Below are positions 30,625 through 37,697 of a DNA stretch of 64,000 bases, piece by piece. The notes beneath the pieces are model-generated. The model had not been told where the DNA came from and searched no databases. It was given only the letters and a program-made list of their open reading frames with translations. A program made the position numbers and the translations under genes. The stretch is from Trueperaceae bacterium (GTDB taxonomy: Bacteria > Deinococcota > Deinococci > Deinococcales > Trueperaceae), in contig OZ243913.1 in the NCBI GenBank assembly GCA_965213705.1, forward strand, positions 224,001-288,000, in the 5' to 3' direction. Positions within the stretch are counted from its first letter, which is position 1, and the number at the start of each line of letters is the position of its first letter.

Positions 30625-31007
30625 AGCTTTTACTTGATACGCACACGTTTCTTTGGTGGGACGCCTCACCAGAAAAGCTGTCTCAGGTAGCTCACGACGT
30701 CCTAGCAGATTCCAAAAACGCGCTTAATTTAAGTGTTGTGAGTGTGTGGGAAATGCAAATCAAATCTCAGCTTGGCGAGCTCACCCTGCGCACCCAGCTT
30801 GATACCGTCGTGCGGGAGCAGCGGAAACGAAACGGCGTCACCCTTTTACCTTTGCGCCTAAACCATATCTACGCCCTCAAAAACTTGCCGCAACACCACA
30901 AAGACCCCTTTGACCGCTTGCTTATCGCCCAAGCAGAAACCGAGAACATGACACTTATGAGCAAAGACGCAGCGCTCCGCGCCTACGGTGTCGAGACAAT
31001 TTGGTGA
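30621..31007 (+). CDS. PIN-domain (VapC) toxin
   Basis: LLLDTHTFLW, SVVSVWEMQIK, HKDPFDRLLIAQA. TTGA overlap with the antitoxin. Confidence 0.92.
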   Translation: MKLLLDTHTFLWWDASPEKLSQVAHDVLADSKNALNLSVVSVWEMQIKSQLGELTLRTQLDTVVREQRKRNGVTLLPLRLNHIYALKNLPQHHKDPFDRLLIAQAETENMTLMSKDAALRAYGVETIW

Positions 31008-31027
31008 TAAGGATTTAGGAGAAAAAC

Positions 31028-31270
31028 TTAGTGCCGCTGTTCGCGGATATAGGCTACAGCGTCGTTCCGCGTCGCCTCTTGCAACTCGCTAAAGTCGAAC
31101 TCCGCAAGGACGCCGTCTAAAACTGCATCAATCGGCGGGCGCACCCTCGAGACTTGCAACGTTCCGTCCACGACTTCGTAAGCCACCACGTCGCCCGGCT
31201 TGACGCCCAGCGCTTTACGCACCTCGGCGGGTAGCGTGAGCTGATACTTGCTGCTGACTTTACCCTGCAT
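31028..31270 (-). CDS. AbrB/MazE/SpoVT-family antitoxin, no adjacent downstream toxin
   Basis: KVSSKYQLTLPAEVRKALGVKPGD. Confidence 0.85.
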   Translation of the reverse strand: MQGKVSSKYQLTLPAEVRKALGVKPGDVVAYEVVDGTLQVSRVRPPIDAVLDGVLAEFDFSELQEATRNDAVAYIREQRH

Positions 31271-31272
31271 GA

Positions 31273-31302
31273 CTTACCTCTTTCGCTTACCATTATAGTA
31301 AG
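31273..31302 (-). promoter_or_regulatory. Probable autoregulatory operator over the -10 box of the AbrB gene
   Basis: CTTAC-N7-GTAAG inverted repeat around the minus-strand TATAAT, plus an extra CTTAC copy at 31273. Confidence 0.45.
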
Positions 31303-31438
31303 CTCCTATCGACTTGAACTCTGTAGCTTGTTCAGGCTTGGCACGCCACGCCCAAATAACAAAGTGGGTGTTGACGCCTTCACGTCCCGCGTCTTTGGCA
31401 ACCTGTTAAACTCGCCTCACCCACGTGAGAGGCAGGGC

Positions 31439-31480
31439 ATGTCGCTACAGCTCATCAACCAGTATTACAGCAAGCTCAGG
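31439..31480 (+). pseudogene. 13-codon stub of a type ISP-like RM gene N-terminus
   Basis: ATG...AAG CTC encodes MSLQLINQYYSKL, the same peptide as 32223-32261, with synonymous differences. Confidence 0.65.
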
Positions 31481-31496
31481 CCTGCTAAACTAGCTT

Positions 31497-31739
31497 ATGC
31501 AAAGCAGCCAGGTAGAAGTCAGCATTGTCGAAACCAACCTTGATGAACTTTTGACCCGCGTCGAGCAGGGCGAAGAAATCGTCATCACGCGGCGCGGGAA
31601 ACCTGTCGCCACACTCTCGCAAGCAAAGCGAGTGTTCAAGCCCTTCACGTCCCACACCAAGCTTCTCGCCTCTCAACCTGAGGCGAAAACAAGCAGCGTT
31701 GACACCCTCACAGCCTTGCGCGACGAGGCACGCTACTGA
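31497..31739 (+). CDS. Phd/YefM-family antitoxin
   Basis: LDELLTRVEQGEEIVITRRGKPVATL ... LRDEARY. Confidence 0.88.
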   Translation: MQSSQVEVSIVETNLDELLTRVEQGEEIVITRRGKPVATLSQAKRVFKPFTSHTKLLASQPEAKTSSVDTLTALRDEARY

Positions 31740-32173
31740 TTTACCTAGACACGAGTTTTCTCGTTCCTTTTTATCTGAAAGAGGCGACGAGTGAGCGCGT
31801 CATGTCTGTATTCAGCGCCGCGGCACCGGGTGAGTTTGCTATCAGTCAGTGGGTACAGGTGGAGTTTTCGAGTTTGCTTGCCCGCAGGAGGTGGATGGGA
31901 GAACTCGCACAGAATACTCTCGAGACCGTTTTTGAAACGTTTGAAAAAGAGGTAGCAGAATCCTTCTTAGTGTTTTTTCCAACAGAATCGGATTACGACC
32001 TTGCCTCGAGCTTCGTTTTGCGTGAAGGCTCGAGCCTCCGAGGTCCTGATGCACTTCACCTAGCTATAGCTTTTAACAACGGTGTGAACGTTATCTACTC
32101 GCTAGACGTAGGTCTCATAAAAGAGGCCAAAGCTTTGGAGTTACCTGCAAGCGACGCTGGCATCGGCGTTTGA
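31736..32173 (+). CDS. PIN-domain (VapC) toxin with non-canonical start
   Basis: The frame reads (L)IYLDTSFLVPFYLKE upstream of the track's ATG 31802, and also contains LRGPDALHLAIA and YSLD. Confidence 0.82.
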   Translation: MIYLDTSFLVPFYLKEATSERVMSVFSAAAPGEFAISQWVQVEFSSLLARRRWMGELAQNTLETVFETFEKEVAESFLVFFPTESDYDLASSFVLREGSSLRGPDALHLAIAFNNGVNVIYSLDVGLIKEAKALELPASDAGIGV

Positions 32174-32222
32174 AGCGCAAAAAGTAGCACCCCTCACGGC
32201 TTTCGGCGCGGTATGCTGACCC

Positions 32223-32530
32223 GTGTCGCTTCAACTTATCAACCAGTATTACAGCAAGCTCGAGCGCCTCATCCAGTACGGCGGCTCGAGGCGTGGGATT
32301 ACAAGCTGGGCAACCGCTCGGCCATAGAGTGGGTGCTCGACCGCTACAAGGAGAAAAAGCCCAAAGACCCGACCATCCGCGCGAAGTTCAACACGTACAG
32401 GTTCGCGGACTATAAAGAAGAGGTCGTTACGCTGTTGCAGCGGGTGTGTACGGTGAGCGTGGAAACGGTGAAAATCGTCCGTATGATGAGTGCCGAACGG
32501 GAGGTGAAACATGACGACGGTGCCGCTTAA
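32223..32530 (+). pseudogene. Internally deleted type ISP-like restriction-modification gene
   Basis: MSLQLINQYYSKLERLIQYGGSR from GTG 32223 is joined out of frame, at CTCGAG 32285, to LEAWDYKLGNRSAIEWVLDRYKEKKPKDPTI...VSVET, a type ISP C-terminus. Confidence 0.8.
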
Positions 32531-32537
32531 AGAGGCG

Positions 32538-33316
32538 GGTAGTGGCCCACCATCAACTGACAGCAGCACGCTCAAGATTGTAGCGGACCAAGAACAGATG
32601 CAAGCAAATGAGGTGCATGTGTTCGGACTTGGAGAAGGATAAGGTCTTTCTGACAAAGCGCGCTAGGCGTTGGCGGATAGTATTGTTAAAGCGCTCGACG
32701 TGTGCTGTAAGCCCTGAGTCTTTACCAACAGCTTGATGCTGTTCATCGGGAACGACGGCCTGATAAGCTTCCCAGAAGTCACTAAACACCGTGCCTTGTT
32801 TATAAGCATCTGGGATGTTACGCCAAAGTTTTTGACAAGTAGCAATGCCACGTCCACCTACAACACAAGCGACCACCTGGCGTGTCTGCTTACAAAGCGC
32901 TATCCAGGCCCACCGTTTGTTACGTCTACATCGAACAAATGACCACATCTCGTCGAGTTCGAGTTGCACCGCTTTAGGGTTCTCGGGCGTAACCAGTGTG
33001 GCGCTAAGCGGCGGTGTCGTCGCGGCTTTTTTTGAGCCATTTCGCTATTGTGGTGCGGGACACGCCGAATGTTCTGGTCAGCCCACGCATACTAGAGCGC
33101 TCCTGATACGACTTCAGTATCTCATCTTTCTTCGCTTCGCTGTACCCTTTAGTGCTCGCGTTCTCGCGACTGGACTTGCCGCACGCTCGACACAGGTACT
33201 TTTGCTTGCCGTTTGGTGCATGACCGTTCTTGACAAGCTCTTCGCTCTCGCAGTGGCAGCAACGTACAACTTTGGTGACCATTCCTTAGCTTATCAGTCT
33301 TTGCTAAACCACTACC
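32538..33316 (-). mobile_element. IS1-family insertion sequence, 779 bp
   Basis: Terminal IRs GGTAGTGG/CCACTACC. 8-bp target duplication AAGAGGCG at 32530-32537 and 33317-33324. Confidence 0.93.
32553..33282 (-). CDS. IS1-family transposase (InsA-InsB fusion via probable programmed -1 frameshift)
   Basis: InsA Zn ribbon (CCHC...CRAC) and HTH at 33004-33282. A7G slippery site at 33026-33033. The -1 frame is open into LELDEMWSFV, FSDFW, HVERFNNTIRQR. Confidence 0.9.
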
Positions 33317-33532
33317 AAGAGGCGAAGGAACGGCTCGAGACACTCCTCGCTCAGGTTGCCGACGGCGAAGAGGTCATCATCACGCAAGAAGACGGCAGCG
33401 CCTATAAAATCGTACCCGCATTCCAACCACGCGCACGCAAGCGGGGTCTCGTCGGCAGCGCGAAGGGTGAAATCTGGATGTCCGAGGATTTTGACGAACC
33501 GCTCGAGGACTTCAAAGACTACATGTGACGGT

Positions 33533-33919
33533 GTGAGGCTTCTTCTCGACACTCACACGCTTCTTTGGGCTGTAAACGACGATGCCAGACTGAGCGAACA
33601 AGCTCGAGCTCTGCTTGAGGACACTGAAAACAGTCTCTTCTTAAGTGTAGTTAGCCTGTGGGAAATAGCTATCAAAGTTACCATCGGAAAACTCAACCTC
33701 AACTCGTCGTTCGATAACTTTGTCGCTCGCGGAGTTGTGGCTAAAGGCGTCGTGCTGCTACCTATAACAGAAGCGCACCTCAGCGCACTCGTCACGCTGC
33801 CCCTCCATTACCGCGACCCTTTCGATAGGCTCATCGTTGCTCAGGCGCTCACAGAAGACCTGACGCTTTTAAGTCGTGACGGCAACTTGACAGATTACGG
33901 CGTAAAGCTGCTTTGGTAA
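33533..33919 (+). CDS. PIN-domain (VapC) toxin
   Basis: GTG start, RLLLDTHTLLW, SLWEIAIK, HYRDPFDRLIVAQA. Confidence 0.9.
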   Translation: MRLLLDTHTLLWAVNDDARLSEQARALLEDTENSLFLSVVSLWEIAIKVTIGKLNLNSSFDNFVARGVVAKGVVLLPITEAHLSALVTLPLHYRDPFDRLIVAQALTEDLTLLSRDGNLTDYGVKLLW

Positions 33920-33933
33920 GCTTGGCAGCATAG

Positions 33934-34521
33934 ATGGCAGAAAATCCTCCCAGCATCGTCGTCATCGCCGGGCCGAACGGCGCGGGTAAATCGACGGCTG
34001 CACTCGTCCTTCTAAAAGAGACGTTCGCCACGCCCGAATTTGTGAACGCCGACGTCATCGCTCAGGGTTTGTCCGGCTTTGCGCCTGAAAATTCCGCTCT
34101 CGAGGCGGGACGGATTATGCTGCGGCGCTTAAAACAGCTTGCCCGTGAGAGACAGACTTTTGCTTTTGAAACCACGTTAGCAAGCCGCAGCTTCGCGCCC
34201 TGGATTAAGCGCGAGAAACAGCGAGGCTACCGGTTCATTCTCACTTTCTTGTGGCTGTCGTCAGCCGATTTGGCTGTCCAACGTGTCAAGGAGCGCGTTC
34301 GGTTGGGTGGACACAATGTTCCCGAGGACGTTATTAGCCGGCGTTACGCAGCCGGCCTAAAGAATTTTTTTGAGCTTTACGAACCTTTGGCGGATGGGTT
34401 CATGATTTATGATAACAGTGCTTACGCGCGTCCGAAACTCGTAGCTGAACGTGCTGTCGGCGCGGGTGTAAAAGTTTACGAGGGAGACTTATGGCAGACG
34501 CTTCAAAAACACCATCCGTAA
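33934..34521 (+). CDS. Zeta-toxin-like P-loop NTPase
   Basis: IAGPNGAGKST, FVNADVIA, FAFETTL, RVRLGGHNVP, YDNS. Confidence 0.85.
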   Translation: MAENPPSIVVIAGPNGAGKSTAALVLLKETFATPEFVNADVIAQGLSGFAPENSALEAGRIMLRRLKQLARERQTFAFETTLASRSFAPWIKREKQRGYRFILTFLWLSSADLAVQRVKERVRLGGHNVPEDVISRRYAAGLKNFFELYEPLADGFMIYDNSAYARPKLVAERAVGAGVKVYEGDLWQTLQKHHP

Positions 34522-34703
34522 GTTCCTCTGAAAAAATCGTAGAGGCGCTGCGCAACCCGGAAATCGTGACCGAAGCGATAACCAGGGCCGTCAAGATTGC
34601 CTTACGTCAGCACAAGCTCGCGGGCAATTCCGTCGCGGTCGAGCGCGACGGGAAGGTCGTGCTGATTCCCGCCTCTGAAATCCCGGATGACGTGTTGGAG
34701 TAA
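34491..34703 (+). CDS. Small hypothetical partner of the zeta-like NTPase
   Basis: 70 aa ORF overlapping the NTPase end, containing AVKIALRQHKLAGNSVAVERDGKVVLIP. Confidence 0.65.
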   Translation: MADASKTPSVSSSEKIVEALRNPEIVTEAITRAVKIALRQHKLAGNSVAVERDGKVVLIPASEIPDDVLE

Positions 34704-34708
34704 CGGGG

Positions 34709-34869
34709 CTCGAGAGCTGTCGCAACCGCTGAGGTCTTGGCGCGTTCCGGCAAAACCGCCCTGTAACCGCTTGTTTCTGAAACTCTCCCAACCGCCGGTG
34801 AACGTTTCCAACTTGGATAGCTTTGTATGCATAATGCTCTGGTTATACAGACTTTTGTCCGGTCAACAG
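34709..34869 (-). mobile_element. Truncated left end of a related IS4-family element
   Basis: About 75 bp nearly identical to 36166-36240. MHTKLSKLETF...RLQGGFAGTRQ aligns to the full transposase N-terminus, and similarity ends at about CTCGAG 34709. Confidence 0.78.
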
Positions 34870-34875
34870 TGCAAG

Positions 34876-36235
34876 CTGAGATCCGGACGAAATTCATCTT
34901 TGTGGAAAAAGACGATGTGCAAGGGATAATAAGGCATCGTCACCGCCGACGAGAGGTGCGTACTGAGTGACTACAAGAAAAGAAGCGAGGTGCTCAAGCG
35001 CGGTTGAGAAGGTTCGGGGTCCGGGTCTACCCTTGGTATGGGTTTGACCCAACCGGGTAAGAAAGTCGAGCGCTTCATCCTCCTCGGCTACACCCAGGTC
35101 GTGCAAGAACGCCGCGGCTATCCAGGCGAAAGCTACAAGCGTCTTCAAAGCTTCAAACGACATGAGTTGCACAGTTTCCCAACCAAGACTCGACTTCGAC
35201 CAGGCGAACAGGTCTTCTATCGCCCAGCGCTGCCGGTAGGTTTTCAAGAGACGTTCGAGCAGTTGCTGCTCTTCACCCTCGCGCAGCGTGAGGTTGGTGA
35301 TGAGCACCCAACCTTTAGTTTTAAGCTTGGAGCGGACTTGCGCCACACATACCTCAAGCCCGAGCGCGTCTGCAAGCTCAACTTGAACCGCCGCTATAGC
35401 AACCGGCACAGGCTCGTGTTTGTGGCGTTTAGCGCTCGGGTCGAGCAAGCGTTTTTCGAGACTGGCGTTCGCCAGTAAAGGTGCAGACCCTAGCACCTTT
35501 GTAAGGTTGCTGGGGCGGTTGTTGAGCAGACACTTACGTTTCATGTGCTGCACGCGGGTCACGAAGCAGTCCCCCTTTTGGTGAATGTGCCGCATCAGCT
35601 TGAGGTTGTCGCCGGCCCTGTCGACAACCCACAGCAACCTACCTACCCCTTGAGCACGGAGCGCAGCCGTAACAGCGTCGATGGCTTGGCAATACGCTAC
35701 GTTTGCGCTTTTGAAGCCCGGTTCCAGGGTAGAAAAGCTGTGGTGATAGACAATCGCCCTGACGCCACTCTCGCCGATAGCCAGCACGTTCAAGGTGTGA
35801 AAGCCTGAGACGGGTTCGCCTTCCAAACTTCTGACCGTGTCCAGGTGTTCCAAACAGCTTGCAAACGGTTTACGCAGGTCGCTTTCGTCCATAATCAGTA
35901 GCACCTCGTGTTCACCCTGCAGGCGTTTAGCACCTTCTTTTGTCAACTGAGTCGTAAGACGGTCTGCACTCAGGTCAGCCCGGTCATTCTGGTTATGCAC
36001 CAGGCGACGGACGCGCCTTTCGGCGTGCAAGCTCGTTCCCAAGCTGCTACTGCTTTTGGCAATTCGGCTAACCCTCAAATCCCCGCTGCCGATAATGCCC
36101 TGCAACGTACCCACAAAACCATCGAATAACCTTCTGTCCTTGAACAAGTCTTTGTAACCAGCAGCGAACGTTTCCAGTTTGGATAGCTTTGTTTGCATAA
36201 TGCTCTGGTTATACAGACTTTTGTCCGGTCAACAG
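34876..36235 (-). mobile_element. IS4-family insertion sequence
   Basis: Imperfect terminal IRs CTGAGATCCGGACGAAAT / CTGTTGACCGGACAAAAG. Flanks are TGCAAG and TGCAAC. Confidence 0.78.
34894..36198 (-). CDS. IS4-family DDE transposase
   Basis: IMDESD, VVDRAGD, YRQRWAIEDLFAWSK (Y-2-R-3-E-6-K signature). Confidence 0.88.
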   Translation of the reverse strand: MQTKLSKLETFAAGYKDLFKDRRLFDGFVGTLQGIIGSGDLRVSRIAKSSSSLGTSLHAERRVRRLVHNQNDRADLSADRLTTQLTKEGAKRLQGEHEVLLIMDESDLRKPFASCLEHLDTVRSLEGEPVSGFHTLNVLAIGESGVRAIVYHHSFSTLEPGFKSANVAYCQAIDAVTAALRAQGVGRLLWVVDRAGDNLKLMRHIHQKGDCFVTRVQHMKRKCLLNNRPSNLTKVLGSAPLLANASLEKRLLDPSAKRHKHEPVPVAIAAVQVELADALGLEVCVAQVRSKLKTKGWVLITNLTLREGEEQQLLERLLKTYRQRWAIEDLFAWSKSSLGWETVQLMSFEALKTLVAFAWIAAAFLHDLGVAEEDEALDFLTRLGQTHTKGRPGPRTFSTALEHLASFLVVTQYAPLVGGDDALLSLAHRLFPQR

Positions 36236-36338
36236 TGCAACCTCTTGACGAATGCTGCATACCGGGCTACACTATCTTTTATCAGCGCTCACGAGGCGCT
36301 TCTTTTTTTGTCTTAAACTTTTTTTCCAAAGAAACAAC

Positions 36339-36375
36339 AAAAAGGGCGCGGGTTCTTATGAGCCTGCGTCCTTTT
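36339..36375 (-). terminator. Intrinsic terminator, possibly bidirectional
   Basis: AAAAAGGGCGCGGGTTC-TTAT-GAGCCTGCGTCCTTTT hairpin downstream of the 36416 stop. Confidence 0.65.
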
Positions 36376-36415
36376 CGCTTGCGCTATTTGTCTGTCTGGT
36401 CGTCTGTCTGCGCCG

Positions 36416-37552
36416 TTACTGCACGGTAACCGGTGCGGGTACTGTGCCGCCCAGAAGGGTGTTCAGCCAGTCGGTCAACTTGACGCCCTCTTGTTCAGCG
36501 GTGTAAAAATCATCGTAAATGATGACGCAGTGCTGGGTTCCGTTTGAGGGGTCGCTGTCCCTGTCGAGGTCGTCTGTGAACGAGGTGAAGTTCGTTGCAC
36601 CTGCGCGGACGGCGGCGAGCGAGGTCTGCATTTTCTGGGACCACTCGAGCGCTAGTGTGTCGGGGGCTTGGCCTTTCATGAGGGCGTAGAAGCCTATCTG
36701 GGTACTGTCAAGCACGGTGTTGTATTGCGAGAAAACGCTGTCCGGGTAGAACTGGGCGATTTTTTGGTACAGCCTCGGGGTGAAGTCCACGCCGAACACG
36801 TCGTCGGTTTGGGGGTCTAAACCGGGCACGAAGTCGGGTAGGGCCGCGTTGACGTTCCAGTTGGCGACGGACTCCTGGGCGAACTCGGGCGTGATGACAC
36901 CCGCCCCGCAGTCGCCGAGCTGGTGAATTTCGGCCTCTGGATACTGCCGCTCCAAGTAAGGCGTCCACAAAATCGAGCCGTAAGCGCCCGCGCTGCAGCC
37001 GGTGACAAAAATGCTTTCGGGGGCCTCGAACGACTCGAACACCCAGTCCAGTACGGCTCTGGCGTTGACCGCGCCCTTGTGCCGCACCGTCACGTCCGGC
37101 CCTTGTCCGGCGGGGTCAGCGTAAGTTTTGAGGTTGTCCCCGTAGTGGATGTCGCCGGTGCAGTAAGGCACGTGGACGTGGTACCAGTCGTTGAACGGGT
37201 TTTCCGGGTTGTCGTGGTCGTAGATGCCGCGGTTCACGCCGTCCAAACCGTTTGGCGGGCCGAAGACCTGGTTGAAGTAGTAACCGCCTGAGCGGTCCGG
37301 GCGCGAAGGTTGCGAGCAAGTGAAATAGTTCCAACACGCTCCGCCCCCGCGAAAGTCGATGAGGAGTTTGTTCGTCTGCCCCGCGTAGGCAAAAAACTCG
37401 TATTCAGAACCGTCGGCGCAGGCCGTGTCGCCGCCGGTCGCGACCGCGTTCCACACGGCCGGTTCCAAAGTCGGCGTCGCGGGCGCAGTGGGCGAGGTAC
37501 CGCAACCCACAAGCAAGACTCCAAACAGCCAAACAACCAAAACCTTTTTCAT
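36416..37552 (-). CDS. Pectin acetylesterase (Notum)-family lipoprotein
   Basis: Lipobox LVGC, CADGS, GGGACW, VPYCTGDIH, TGCSAGAYG, QHC. Confidence 0.85.
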   Translation of the reverse strand: MKKVLVVWLFGVLLVGCGTSPTAPATPTLEPAVWNAVATGGDTACADGSEYEFFAYAGQTNKLLIDFRGGGACWNYFTCSQPSRPDRSGGYYFNQVFGPPNGLDGVNRGIYDHDNPENPFNDWYHVHVPYCTGDIHYGDNLKTYADPAGQGPDVTVRHKGAVNARAVLDWVFESFEAPESIFVTGCSAGAYGSILWTPYLERQYPEAEIHQLGDCGAGVITPEFAQESVANWNVNAALPDFVPGLDPQTDDVFGVDFTPRLYQKIAQFYPDSVFSQYNTVLDSTQIGFYALMKGQAPDTLALEWSQKMQTSLAAVRAGATNFTSFTDDLDRDSDPSNGTQHCVIIYDDFYTAEQEGVKLTDWLNTLLGGTVPAPVTVQ

Positions 37553-37643
37553 TCCCAACCCCTTTCTTTCTGAATATACGTTATACGTCGCCGGGCGCAA
37601 GATAAATGGGTGCAGGACAAATGGAGGCAAGACAAATGGGTGC

Positions 37644-37674
37644 AAAAAAAGAGGCCCGCGGCGGGGCCTCTTTT
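37644..37674 (-). terminator. Intrinsic terminator
   Basis: AAAAAAAGAGGCCC...GGGCCTCTTTT; the A7 run gives a U-tail on the minus strand after the 37698 stop. Confidence 0.75.
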
Positions 37675-37697
37675 GTGAATTCGTGGGTTGCCGGTCG

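Larger units (their letters stand above)
32511..33528 (+). pseudogene. Phd/YefM-type antitoxin interrupted by an IS1-family element
   Basis: GGAGGTG RBS, MTTVPLKEA | IS | KERLETLLAQVADGEEVIIT...GSAKGEIWMSEDFDEPLEDFKDYM. Removing the IS and one TSD restores the frame. Confidence 0.88.

Noticed and set aside
32845..33528. 227-aa ORF as an independent gene
   Set aside because: It is the IS1 antisense strand running into the interrupted antitoxin, and is treated under that finding.
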